Of a stretch of 64,000 bases of DNA, positions 1-9,667 are shown piece by piece. Within the stretch, counting starts at the first letter, position 1, and each line of letters opens with the position of its first letter. A program made the translations under genes and the position numbers. Source of the stretch: a bacterium (GTDB lineage Bacteria > UBA8248); contig OZ244799.1 in NCBI GenBank assembly GCA_965219955.1, forward strand, positions 1,056,001 to 1,120,000, in the 5' to 3' direction. The notes below the pieces were generated by a model. The model was not told the origin of the DNA. It saw only the letters and a list, made by a program, of their open reading frames with translations, and did not search any database.

Positions 1-4
1 AGGA

Positions 5-226
5 GCACCCCCCCTCGTCAGAGGATAAAGGCACCCCCCCCTACCCCCCTTGTCAGGGGGGTAAAAAAGGCAACATCCCCACTGTTGGAAGACCTGATCG
101 ACCAGCTGGCGCACTTGTCAGGGGGTAAAAAAAGCAACCCCTCCACCGGCGAGGGGTTTGGTTCTTTTTACCCCCCTGACAAGGGGGGTAGGGGGGGGTT
201 GCTCTTTCCCTGACGAGGGGGGGTGC
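5..226. repeat. Long imperfect inverted repeat (CCCCCCTTGTCAGGGGGG family)
   Basis: Arm 5-68 (gcacccccccctcgtcag...ctaccccccttgtcaggggggtaaaaa) pairs with arm 165-226. An internal direct copy cttgtcagggggtaaaaaaagcaac lies at 114-138. Confidence 0.85.
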
Positions 227-453
227 CTTTTATAGGATTTCCCTTTCAAGGGGGTTGCCTTTCAAGGAGAGAGCCTGCGCCGCCCGGGTTCGGATTCTGG
301 CCGTCATTCCGGCGGTGTGGACGACCCCGGCACGAAAAAGGGCCACCCCCTCGTTTCTTACGCCGGTTTGACTTCCGGGGCCGGCGTTCTATATTTTGAT
401 GGTCAATACCACGTATCGTCCCGTCCTGAATACTTAAACTTTGGAGACAGGTC

Positions 454-1491
454 ATGAATCGCAAGACTTTGATTATATTTGTATTCGTCGCCATCCTCGG
501 GGTGGCGACGCTCGCCTCCCTCCCGAGCCGGGCCGAAGCCGCCTGCAGGGTCCGCATCGGCGATTTGAACTGGGACAGCGCCAATTTTCACGGCCAGGTT
601 GCCGCCTTCATCCTGACGCACGGCTACGGCTGCCGGGTGCGGCTCATCTACGGCGGCACGCTGCCGACCATGGCGGCGCACTATCAGGGCAAGAACGACC
701 TGATCATGGAACTCTGGTACGACAGCACGAAGGATCAGTACGACCTCGCGGAGAAGGAGGGCAAGGTCAAGAAGCTGAGCGTGAACACGCCCGACAGCAT
801 ACAGGGCTGGTTCATCCCGCGCTTCGTCCAGAAGGCGAACCCGGGCCTAAAGACGGTCTACGACCTCGCGAAGTACAAACATCTCTTCAAGGATCCCGAA
901 GAACCCTCCAAGGGCAGGTTCGTGAACTGCATCCCCGGATGGGCGTGCGAGGTCATCAACACGGTGAAGCTGCGAGCCTACGGGCTGGAAAAACATTTTA
1001 CGAATTTCCGGCCCGGCTCGGGCGGCGCGCTCGCGGCGGCCATCAAGGGCGCATACCTCAAGAAAAAGCCGGTCGTGGCCTATTACTGGGCGCCCACGCC
1101 GCTCCTGGGCCAGCTCGATCTGGTTCAGCTCGAAGAGCCTGCGTGGAACGAGGCCGACTGGGACGCGATGATGAAGCACGTGAACGCGCTCAAGAAGGGC
1201 GGGTTGGAGGCGATGGGCAAACCCGGGAAGGCCGTCGCCTACCGGACGATGGAGTTGCCCAAAACGGTCACGACGAAGTTCGCGGCCAGGCATCCGGAGA
1301 TCGTTGCTTTCCTCGAGAATTACTCGCTCCCCTCTAAAGTCGTCTCGGAGGTGCTCTCCTATCTCGAGAAAGATGCCGGCGGCGACGCGAAGGTCACCGC
1401 GCTCCATTTTTTGAAGACGAACAAGGTCTGGAAGAAGTGGGTTCCGGCCGACGTCGCGAAAAAAGTGGAGGCGGCGCTCGACTCGAATTGA
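454..1491 (+). CDS. Glycine betaine/proline-type ABC transporter substrate-binding protein (ProX/OpuAC family)
   Basis: Signal peptide; LNWDSA, MELW, FKDPEEPSKGRFVNCIPGWACE and YYWAPT motifs. Confidence 0.88.
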   Translation: MNRKTLIIFVFVAILGVATLASLPSRAEAACRVRIGDLNWDSANFHGQVAAFILTHGYGCRVRLIYGGTLPTMAAHYQGKNDLIMELWYDSTKDQYDLAEKEGKVKKLSVNTPDSIQGWFIPRFVQKANPGLKTVYDLAKYKHLFKDPEEPSKGRFVNCIPGWACEVINTVKLRAYGLEKHFTNFRPGSGGALAAAIKGAYLKKKPVVAYYWAPTPLLGQLDLVQLEEPAWNEADWDAMMKHVNALKKGGLEAMGKPGKAVAYRTMELPKTVTTKFAARHPEIVAFLENYSLPSKVVSEVLSYLEKDAGGDAKVTALHFLKTNKVWKKWVPADVAKKVEAALDSN

Positions 1492-1735
1492 GCCGTTGCG
1501 GCAGGGCTGTAAATTTCGCTATCCTGCACGGGCTTCTCGCCTCATCTTTGCCTGCCATTTTCGCCAGAGGTCATGGATAGCCATGTTGACCAGATTGGAG
1601 CGCAGCTTTTTCCGCGTTTTCCCACCAAAATATAGAAACAGGCATTGGGAGAAAAATCTGCCGATTCGACGGTTTCAGCCCTCGAAAATCAGGGGGAAAG
1701 TGATCATATGCGCCTTGAGCGCTTATGGATATGGA

Positions 1736-2632
1736 ATGAAGACCCGCGGAAAGGTACAGCTGAACCTGTTTTTTCCGCCCTTTTGCCGAATATTGGGACA
1801 ATGCGGGATTGCAACGTCGTGTGCGACCGACTTCGAGGGCTTGAGGCATAAGATCGAGGCTTCCGAAGGGGTGCCGACCGTTCTGATTAATCTCATCAAT
1901 GAAATATACGATGAGATGGATGAATATGACATTCCGGAAGATTTATTGCGGAAAGCGAGCGCAGTTTTCAATTCTCATCAAACCACCGGTATCATCAAAG
2001 ACAAGCGGAAGGCAAACGAAACATTGTCCGGCCAAGGCATCATGATGCCGAGCCTGAAGTTGGATGAAGGGAAGAGGATATTCAGCAACGCGAGAGTCGG
2101 TTCTGGAGAGAACGTCTTTGTCCTCGAAAAAAATCAGGAAATCGATGACGGCCGCTACAATGCGGAATTTATCGACACCAGGGTCCCGTTTGAAAACTCC
2201 GTCTATTATACGTGTGTGAGGCTGGTCTGCATCGGTACACGCACGCTGCAGATATATGTTCGCGCCCGGGACGTCGAAGAAAACAACCCGTCGGTGCACA
2301 GCAAGGATACTCCGAAAAACCCCGAACTTCTGGAATACCTGTATCGAAACCTGGTTGAGCCGCGCCTGGAGCAACTTCATGCGCTGGGCCGCCGTATCGG
2401 AAGCGCCCTGGGGCCGGGATTCTACGGGCATGACGTGTTGGTGGACAACAAATCCGGGCATATATTCTTGTGCGAGGCAGGTTTTAAGTTCTATGACCAT
2501 ACTTACTGCAGCCGGATGATGAACGTAATATGCGACGGGAGCCTGCAGCGCACGATGCTCGACCAGGAAACTTATGCGGGGTACGCAGGTTCCGTTTTCT
2601 TGGCGTACTGCTCGGAAATGGGTTTCTTGTAG
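1736..2632 (+). CDS. Hypothetical protein, probable ATP-grasp fold
   Basis: KDKRKANETLSGQGIMMP and FYGHDVLVD...IFLCEAG resemble ATP-grasp segments. Start uncertain (ORF open from 1496). Lower GC than neighbours. Confidence 0.55.
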   Translation: MKTRGKVQLNLFFPPFCRILGQCGIATSCATDFEGLRHKIEASEGVPTVLINLINEIYDEMDEYDIPEDLLRKASAVFNSHQTTGIIKDKRKANETLSGQGIMMPSLKLDEGKRIFSNARVGSGENVFVLEKNQEIDDGRYNAEFIDTRVPFENSVYYTCVRLVCIGTRTLQIYVRARDVEENNPSVHSKDTPKNPELLEYLYRNLVEPRLEQLHALGRRIGSALGPGFYGHDVLVDNKSGHIFLCEAGFKFYDHTYCSRMMNVICDGSLQRTMLDQETYAGYAGSVFLAYCSEMGFL

Positions 2633-2842
2633 CGTCGTCAATTCTCCGAATCGGCAGCACCGCTTCCGGCTTCTGGCGCCTCCAGGGGGGAGTAACTTCC
2701 AGAAACCTAAATCGTGGATGATGCCGAAATATGAAAGATAATGGCCAAATTCTCTGGATTTCACCATTCGCCGGAGTGACGAGCAAAAGCGAGTTCAGCA
2801 CGCCTTCCCTGATCGGTCGCGGCAAACTTTGTTCATCAACGC

Positions 2843-2868
2843 TTTTTCAACAGCCCCTTTGAGGGGGT
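2843..2868. repeat. Isolated right-end TIR (TTTTTCAACAGCCCC) fused to a CCCCTTTGAGGGGG hairpin
   Basis: Same end motif as the composites at 6835, 26526 and 26932. Confidence 0.7.
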
Positions 2869-3027
2869 AGTTGGAAACCGCTGCTACTGTCTTTTGGTGT
2901 TTGGATATTTTGCACCCGATATGGGAGGGTATCGAGAAGCTGGGACACAGGAACCGCGCCCGCAGGTGTGGCTTATCCGCTTCTTGTATTTGGTTTTTTC
3001 GGCTCCAAAATAATGGAAAGGGAAATC

Positions 3028-4050
3028 ATGAAAAGAATTTTCGTGCCTCAACCGATCCCGGAGGTCGCCGCCGCTAAACTCGATACGCTTGGCGAGGTGA
3101 CCACGTATCCGCACGTCGACCGCATGATCCCGGAAGCCGAGCTGCTGGAAGCGGTGCGCGACAAACACATACTGTTCGGCATCGGGGAGATTCCCTTCGA
3201 CGAGCGGGTGTTCGAAGCGGCGAAAGAGTTGGAGTTCGTCTCCGTCATGCATGGGTCGGCGAGGTTCATCGATTTCGCCGCGGCGACGCGCCGCAACGTC
3301 CCGGTTTCGGGGCAGAAAAGCATGACCCAAAAAAACACCGCGGAATTCACGTTCGCTCTTTTGATGGCGACGGCCTGGCGACTGCCGGAGGCGGATACAT
3401 TCCTCCGTGAAGACCGCTGGCGGCAGAATCAGTCGATGGCTTTCTTGGGTACGCGTCTTTACGGCAAGACGCTCGGGATCGTTGGGATGGGCCGAATCGG
3501 GCAACTGGTGGCGCGCAAAGCCGTCGCTTGCGATATGCGCATTATCTACAACAAGCGCACCCCCCTGAGCCCGGCGGAGGAATTCACTCTCGGGTGCGCC
3601 GAATACCGCACTCTCGACGATTTGTTCAGAGAGGCGGATTTCGTCGCATTGACCCCGGCGCTCACCAAAGACACCGTGGGTCTCATCACCGGAGAGCTCA
3701 TCTCTCTCATGAAGCCGAGCGCCATTCTGATCAACACTTCACGCGGCCTCATTCTGGACGAGGCGGCACTGGAGAAAGCCCTCAGGGAAAAGCGGATCCG
3801 GGGCGCCGGGCTGGACGTCTATCAGACCGAGGTGCCGGAGCCCAACCCGGGACCGATAGCGGGTCTCAAGGAGTTGCCGAACGTCGTTCTCACCCCGCAC
3901 ATGGGCAGCGCGGGGCGCGAGACGCGCGAGGAGATGGCCTTGCGCACGGTGATGAACATCGAGCGCTTCATCGACGGCAAGCGGCCGTATGACGTCTTCA
4001 ACCCCGAAGTTTACGGCGAGGCGCCCATTACGGACGAGGTCATCGGATAG
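3028..4050 (+). CDS. D-isomer-specific 2-hydroxyacid dehydrogenase (glyoxylate reductase-like)
   Basis: GIVGMGRIG Rossmann motif; INTSRG, GLDVY and TPHMGS catalytic motifs. Confidence 0.9.
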   Translation: MKRIFVPQPIPEVAAAKLDTLGEVTTYPHVDRMIPEAELLEAVRDKHILFGIGEIPFDERVFEAAKELEFVSVMHGSARFIDFAAATRRNVPVSGQKSMTQKNTAEFTFALLMATAWRLPEADTFLREDRWRQNQSMAFLGTRLYGKTLGIVGMGRIGQLVARKAVACDMRIIYNKRTPLSPAEEFTLGCAEYRTLDDLFREADFVALTPALTKDTVGLITGELISLMKPSAILINTSRGLILDEAALEKALREKRIRGAGLDVYQTEVPEPNPGPIAGLKELPNVVLTPHMGSAGRETREEMALRTVMNIERFIDGKRPYDVFNPEVYGEAPITDEVIG

Positions 4051-4240
4051 CCGATGAGACGACGGTTTCACTTCCGGGAACCCTTGCGCCTTGAAGTAAT
4101 TGTCCCACCGCCGCACCTGAAACCCTTGGATGGCGAATCGGTAATTCCGCATAGAATCAATCGCTTCTTCGTCTCGCCAAGGAAGGAGCGATGTTTTCTC
4201 GCCATTTTACGCAACGGAGTTGCGCCGCCCCGTCTTTCGT

Positions 4241-4295
4241 TTTTCATGAATTTTCCATGATTTTGTAACGTGCGCGCGACGGCGGGTCGTTATAA
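4241..4295 (+). promoter_or_regulatory. Putative Pho box and -10 element upstream of phoX
   Basis: Heptamers TTTTCAT (4241), TTTCCAT (4252) and TTGTAAC (4263) at 11-bp period; TATAAT at 4290-4295. Confidence 0.55.
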
Positions 4296-4382
4296 TCCGC
4301 CCCGATGACGAAGTCGCATGAGGCGGGCGCGTCATTCGCGCTCGTGCGTTATTCTGGAATTTCACACAGTGGGGGATGAGAG

Positions 4383-6308
4383 ATGCACGAGGATGTAACG
4401 CGCGAAGCGAAGCTCGCCGCGCACGAAGAGTATTCACCGGATGAGTTCGACGAGATCCACCATCCGCGTCACGAGGAGACGGATTTCGAAAAGCTGGCGG
4501 AGAAGATGATCTCCCGGCGGGGCTTCCTGGGCCGCGGGGCGGCGTTTGCCGCGACGGCGTTTGTCATGAGCGCGGGCGGCGTCGACCCGCTCTCCGCCTT
4601 CGCGAACGCGAATCGCTTCGGCTTCGAGGCCGTGCCCGCAGGCACGCGAGACACCATCACCGTGCCCAAGGGCTACAGCTGGCACGTCGTCGCCCGGTGG
4701 GGAGACCCCATGTGGACGCGCGGGGCCGAGTTCGACCACGCCACGCGCGGCACGGGCGCGAGCCAGGAACTCGCCTTCGGCGACAACAACGACGGCATGT
4801 CGCTCTTTCACACCGGGGACAGGAACGTCCTCGCCGTCAACAACGAATACGCGAACGTCTCCATCATCCACGGCGGTGCGGGTTCCGGCAAACCCGAGAC
4901 CGCCGACGACGTACGAAAGAGCAAGGCGGCGCACGGGGTGTCTATCGTGGAGATTGCGCAGAAGGGCGGCAGATGGTCGATCGTCAAGGATTCCTCCTAC
5001 AACCGCAAGATCACGCCCGACACGCCGATGGAGATCACCGGCCCCGCCCGGGGCCATGCCCTCATGAAGACGGCCGCCGACCCCCAAGGCGCGCGCTGCC
5101 TCGGCACCTGGAACAACTGCGGAAACGGCGCGACGCCGTGGGGCACGTATCTCACGTGCGAGGAGAATTTTCACGGCTATTTCTCATCGAGTGACCCCGA
5201 GGTGAAGGTTTCTCCCGAGTTCAGGCGCTACGGCGTGGGCCCCAAGAATTGGGGATACCGCTGGGAGATGACGGATGAGCGCTTCGACATCTCGAAACAC
5301 GCAAACGAACCCAACCGCGCGGGCTACATCGTCGAGATCGACCCGCTCGACCCCGATTCCACCCCCAAAAAGCGCACCGCACTCGGGCGCTTCAAGCACG
5401 AGAACGCGGAGGTGGTGCTCGCCGCGAACGGCCAGGTGGTGGTCTACATGGGGGATGACGAGCGCGGCGAGTTCATCTATAAATTCGTGAGCGAGGGCCG
5501 CTACGCCGAGGGCGGCGACAACTCGAATCTCCTGGAGACGGGCAAACTCTACGCGGCGAAGTTCGCGGAAAACGGCCGGGGCGAATGGGTGGAACTTACG
5601 CCCGAATCCACGGGTCTGGCCTCGCAGGCGGAAGTCTGCGTCCACACGCGGGTCGCGGCCTCGGCCGTCAAGGCCACCACGATGGACCGCGCAGAGTGGG
5701 TGGCGGCGAACCCGAAGAAGGCGGAGGTCTACTGCTGCCTCACCAATAATAAAAATCGCGGCGTGAAGCCCAACAAGGGCGGCGACCCCACCCCCGTCGG
5801 CGGCCCGAACCCCCGGGCGAACAACCGCTACGGGCAGATCGTCCGCTGGGCGCCGGAGGGGGGCGATCACCTCTCGAACGCCTTCTCGTGGGATTTATAC
5901 GTCGTCGCGGGCAACCCCGCCGTCCACAAGGGCGCGAACGCGGGTTCCAAGAACGTGACGCCGGATAACATGTTCAACTCCCCCGACGGCCTCGCCTTCG
6001 ACAGGAACGGGATGCTGTGGATCCAGACCGACGGCAACTACAAGAACGCGAAGGGCTTCGCGGGCCAGGGCAACAACCAGATGCTTGTGGGCGACCCGGT
6101 GACGGGCGAGATCCGCCGCTTTATGGTCGGGCCCAGGCAATGCGAGGTCACGGGCCTCGAATGGAGCGCAGACGGCAGGACGCTCTTCGTGGGTATCCAG
6201 CACCCCGGCGAGAAGGGCGGCGACAGCCACTTCCCCGACGGCGGCGACACCACGCCCCGCTCGGCGGTGGTCGCTGTAACCCGCGACGACGGTGGGGTTA
6301 TCGGCTGA
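4383..6308 (+). CDS. phoX: PhoX-family alkaline phosphatase (Tat-exported)
   Basis: SRRGFL twin-arginine motif; NNDGM, TPWGTYLTCEEN, LGRFKHE, SPDGL, WIQTDG and CEVTG...IQHPGE motifs. Confidence 0.95.
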   Translation: MHEDVTREAKLAAHEEYSPDEFDEIHHPRHEETDFEKLAEKMISRRGFLGRGAAFAATAFVMSAGGVDPLSAFANANRFGFEAVPAGTRDTITVPKGYSWHVVARWGDPMWTRGAEFDHATRGTGASQELAFGDNNDGMSLFHTGDRNVLAVNNEYANVSIIHGGAGSGKPETADDVRKSKAAHGVSIVEIAQKGGRWSIVKDSSYNRKITPDTPMEITGPARGHALMKTAADPQGARCLGTWNNCGNGATPWGTYLTCEENFHGYFSSSDPEVKVSPEFRRYGVGPKNWGYRWEMTDERFDISKHANEPNRAGYIVEIDPLDPDSTPKKRTALGRFKHENAEVVLAANGQVVVYMGDDERGEFIYKFVSEGRYAEGGDNSNLLETGKLYAAKFAENGRGEWVELTPESTGLASQAEVCVHTRVAASAVKATTMDRAEWVAANPKKAEVYCCLTNNKNRGVKPNKGGDPTPVGGPNPRANNRYGQIVRWAPEGGDHLSNAFSWDLYVVAGNPAVHKGANAGSKNVTPDNMFNSPDGLAFDRNGMLWIQTDGNYKNAKGFAGQGNNQMLVGDPVTGEIRRFMVGPRQCEVTGLEWSADGRTLFVGIQHPGEKGGDSHFPDGGDTTPRSAVVAVTRDDGGVIG

Positions 6309-6322
6309 TCCCGCATCCTGTC

Positions 6323-6849
6323 GGGGTTGTTGAAAAAGCCTGGTCTGCATCTCCGTAAACCGCCAACGCCTCTTTCCTCACCCTGAGTAGCCGCCGAAGG
6401 CGGTGTATCGAAGGGCGAGGAACTCGCGTCGGAACGAGAGCAAACGCTCATTCATCAATCGCGTTTGACATTCGATACGCGGCTCCGCCGCTACTCAGGA
6501 TGAGGCGGTGCGGGTTTTGGCCGTCATTCCGGCGAAAGCCGGAATCCATTTTGACTTTTCACCGGGCGGGGCGGCCACGACCTTGTTGTTTAGAGGCGTC
6601 CGGATGCGGAATTCAGAAAATTCGCCTTTCGTTTTTGTGTTCGATTCCGATACTCCCCGCCCGGGAGTAAAGACGTCCGAGCGAGGAGGCGAAAAAGCAA
6701 AGGCGAAAATGGATTCCGGCTTTCGCCGGAATGACGAGCAAAGTCACATCGCTTCTTGTAGGGACAGGTCGCGACCTGTCCCTACGGACCCTTCTCACCG
6801 GTTGGGTTTGTTCGCCAAATCACGAAATCAGGATTTTTTCAACAACCCC
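6323..6849. mobile_element. TIR-bounded composite repeat element (MITE-like, non-autonomous)
   Basis: Perfect 15-bp TIRs GGGGTTGTTGAAAAA/TTTTTCAACAACCCC. They enclose a CTCACCCTGAGTAG doublet (6376-6505), a GTCATTCCGGCGAAAGCCGGAATCCA doublet (6522-6736) and a GTAG palindrome (6758-6785). Confidence 0.8.
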
Positions 6850-6954
6850 CTTGCGGGCGGGGCATTTTTTTTCGCACACTTGTCCGCCGGAAGATGAAAC
6901 ACACAATTTCACGCTAGATGAAACCTGGAGCAAGAAATAAAGGACGCGCGCGCA

Positions 6955-8046
6955 ATGGAAAACGGCAAACGACCCATCGAATACGCCTGGTATCTGCCCT
7001 CGAACAAGCGGGGCGACGCCACCAGGCTCGGAACCGGCGAGGTGGAGATACCGCCCGAGATCGACTATCTCGTCCACGTGGCGCAGACGGCGGAGGCGAG
7101 CGGCCTCACGAACATGCTCATCCCGTGCAACACCTCGTGTTCGGACGGCTGGCTTCTGGCTTCCGCGATCGCCCGCGAAACGCGGAGTATAAAATTCTGC
7201 GTCGCCATACGGCCCGGCCTCACCACGCCGACCTTCGCCGTGCAGCAGGCGAACACGCTCGATTTCATCTCCGGCGGGAGGCTGACAGTGAACGTCGTGC
7301 CCGGCGGGTCATCGGTGGACGCGCGCCGCTACGGCGACTGGGTGGATCATGACGGACGCTACGAGCGGGCGGACGAGTTTCTGGATATCGTGCGCGCGTT
7401 CTGGACGGACGGGGAGGGTAGGGTGAACTACGAGGGCGCGCACTACCAGGTGGAGGACGGCTTCGTCTTCCCCGGCCCCGCGCGGCCGGGAGGGCCTCCG
7501 CTTTATTTCGGGGGAAGCTCGCCCGCGGCGAAAAAGGTCATCGCCAAGCACGCCGACGTTTTCCTGAAATGGGGAGAGCCCCCCTGGCAGATCGCCGAGG
7601 AATACGAGGAAGTCAAGAAAATGGCGCGCGAGGAGCATGGCCGCGATTTGAGATTGGGCGTGCGCTTCCACATCCTGGTGCGCGAGGACGACGCGCAGGC
7701 CAAGGAAGAGGCCGAGTCCATCATCGCGGGCACGGCGTCCTACGGGGAGAGTTCCTCCGTCACCGGCGAGGTGGCCGGGCAGGTGGAATCCGTCTCCCAG
7801 CAGCGGATGAACGCCATGACGGCGGAGGGGAAGCTCTGGCACGGGCCCGCGCTGTTTTCGGGCATCAACCTCGTGCGCCAGGGGGCGGGCACCATGCTCG
7901 TGGGAAGTCCCGAGGTGGTGGCCGACGCCATGCGCGAGTACATTGACTTAGGCGCGACCACGTTCATCCTCTCCGGCTGGCCGCATGACGAAGAGGCGCG
8001 TAATTTTGGGAAGTATCTTCTGCCGCTGCTGCCGGATGCGGTGTGA
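6955..8046 (+). CDS. LLM-class flavin-dependent monooxygenase (SsuD/MsuD-like)
   Basis: AIRPG, GGRLTVNVVPG, RYERADEFL, LYFGGSS, WGEPP and FILSGWPH motifs. Confidence 0.9.
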   Translation: MENGKRPIEYAWYLPSNKRGDATRLGTGEVEIPPEIDYLVHVAQTAEASGLTNMLIPCNTSCSDGWLLASAIARETRSIKFCVAIRPGLTTPTFAVQQANTLDFISGGRLTVNVVPGGSSVDARRYGDWVDHDGRYERADEFLDIVRAFWTDGEGRVNYEGAHYQVEDGFVFPGPARPGGPPLYFGGSSPAAKKVIAKHADVFLKWGEPPWQIAEEYEEVKKMAREEHGRDLRLGVRFHILVREDDAQAKEEAESIIAGTASYGESSSVTGEVAGQVESVSQQRMNAMTAEGKLWHGPALFSGINLVRQGAGTMLVGSPEVVADAMREYIDLGATTFILSGWPHDEEARNFGKYLLPLLPDAV

Positions 8047-8064
8047 GGGGGGTGTAAGGATTTT

Positions 8065-8092
8065 GTAGGGACAGGTCGCGACCTGTCCCTGC
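8065..8092. repeat. GTAG-type REP palindrome between convergent genes
   Basis: GTAGGGACAGGTCGCGACCTGTCCCTGC; near-identical copies at 6758, 14318 and 26232. Confidence 0.9.
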
Positions 8093-8113
8093 GGGTTCCG
8101 AATCTTTCTTCCT

Positions 8114-9061
8114 TCACCTCTCAATCAGGATATCCCCCGAAATCGAGGCCAGATCCTTACAGCCCGCCAGCACCATGGATTTTTCGAGTTCCGCCTGCAT
8201 GAGTTCGAGCATCTCCGCCACCCCGGCGGGGCCTTTTGCGAAAAGCCCCAGCACGAGCGCACGTCCCGAAGTCACGCCCTTCGCACCCCGCGCGAGCAGC
8301 TTCAGCACGTCGTCGCCTCTACGGACGCCGCTTTCGGCCAGGATCAGCACGTCGTCCCCCACGGCGTCCACGACCTCGGGGAGGATTTCCATGGGATGCG
8401 CCCAGGAGGGCCCGTGCGCGCCCCCGTGCGTGGTGACGATGATGGAAGCGGCCCCGGCGTCGCGCGCGATGCGCGCGGTCTCGGCCGAGCCCACCGCCTT
8501 GAAGACGAAGGGAAGCCCGGTGGCCTTCACGTAGCCTTCGAGCGCGTCCGCCCGCTGGGGTTCGCATTCGGGGTTGTAAAAGCCCGATTCGAAATCCATG
8601 CCCACGGCGAAGGCACCGGTGTCTTCGGCGAGTTTGAGCGAGGTAAGCGTGCGCTGTTTGTCCCGCCAGGGTTTCACGATGCGTATGGCGGAAGGATATG
8701 CGGCGGCGGCTTCGCGCCAGACGTCGTCCGAACAGTCGCCTATCCAGTATTGCGTCCCGAAGCGGGCGGCGCCCCTGGCGACTTGCAGGAACCCGTCCGC
8801 CCAGTGAGCGGCCAGCGTGTTCGCGCTCATCGAACCCGTCATGATGGGGCTTTTGAGCTTCTTGCCGAGAAAATCGAACCCGGTGTCGGCGGAATCGGTG
8901 AGCATCAAGCGCATTTTCAGGCCGAAGCGCGTGAATCCGGCCAGCGCGGTCTGCGTGCCGGGGAGGTCCGGCCCCAGGATATCGTAGGGGTTTCCTCCGC
9001 CCGATTTTTCGATGTTCACACGCGCTTGTTCATAAATCTCCCGATACGCCGCCTCGCTCAT
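8114..9061 (-). CDS. FMN-dependent alpha-hydroxy-acid oxidase family protein
   Basis: LPFVFKAV, VTTHGG, LPEVVDAV, SGVRRGDDVLKLLARGA and GRA motifs; start chosen at MSEAAY. Confidence 0.85.
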   Translation of the reverse strand: MSEAAYREIYEQARVNIEKSGGGNPYDILGPDLPGTQTALAGFTRFGLKMRLMLTDSADTGFDFLGKKLKSPIMTGSMSANTLAAHWADGFLQVARGAARFGTQYWIGDCSDDVWREAAAAYPSAIRIVKPWRDKQRTLTSLKLAEDTGAFAVGMDFESGFYNPECEPQRADALEGYVKATGLPFVFKAVGSAETARIARDAGAASIIVTTHGGAHGPSWAHPMEILPEVVDAVGDDVLILAESGVRRGDDVLKLLARGAKGVTSGRALVLGLFAKGPAGVAEMLELMQAELEKSMVLAGCKDLASISGDILIER

Positions 9062-9233
9062 TGCTTCATGCTCCTTCTCGCTTGAGGTTTCCTCGTTTCT
9101 TAAGATTTCCGGCTCCCGCGCGCCCGTTCCGCCTGCGTTTGGCGGATTCGCCACCCTGGGCTATCATTTCATGCAAAATAAACGCAAGAGATAACCCGTT
9201 CCGGTTTTCGGACATCCTGAGGAGGACGCCACC

Positions 9234-9542
9234 ATGATGATGGTCATTCTACACTATCCCGCCGTCGCGCCCACGCTCGCCGAGGTCCGCGCGGACAAGG
9301 AGCAGGCCGCCGCCTTTTTCGAGAACGAGGTGCCCGGCCTCATCGACAAGACTTGGGGCATGAACGAGGAGACGGGCCGCATGGCGTCGGTCTACCACTT
9401 CGAGGACAAGGCCACCGCCGACGCCTGGTTCAACTCCGAGAAACAGCGCAGCTTCCGCCGGGCGAACAACGCGAGCCTGGAGTACTTCGACGTGGCGGCG
9501 ATCGCGTATACGAAGCCGCTCAGGGAAGAGGCTACTGCGTAG
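9234..9542 (+). CDS. YdhR-like small dimeric alpha/beta-barrel (putative monooxygenase)
   Basis: VPGLIDKTW...ASVYHFEDKATADAW pattern; GAGGAGG RBS. Confidence 0.65.
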   Translation: MMMVILHYPAVAPTLAEVRADKEQAAAFFENEVPGLIDKTWGMNEETGRMASVYHFEDKATADAWFNSEKQRSFRRANNASLEYFDVAAIAYTKPLREEATA

Positions 9543-9607
9543 GTTCGCAGGGGCGATGGTTTTGTAGGGACAGGCCTCCGTGCCTGTCCGAGGTCGCGAC
9601 ATGTCCC
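9491..9607 (+). repeat. Direct repeat copy 1 (ydhR-like 3' end plus GTAG REP)
   Basis: Aligns with 11564-11676. Confidence 0.9.
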
Positions 9608-9667
9608 AGCGCGAGAATCGCGCCATGCTAAACGCCACACCCAAGAAATCTAAGACGGAACAATTTG

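Noticed and set aside
6508-6897. Short ORFs containing VIPAKAGIH / MDSGFRRND (also around 26127-27019 and 28178-28796)
   Set aside because: These are translations of the palindromic repeats themselves, not genes
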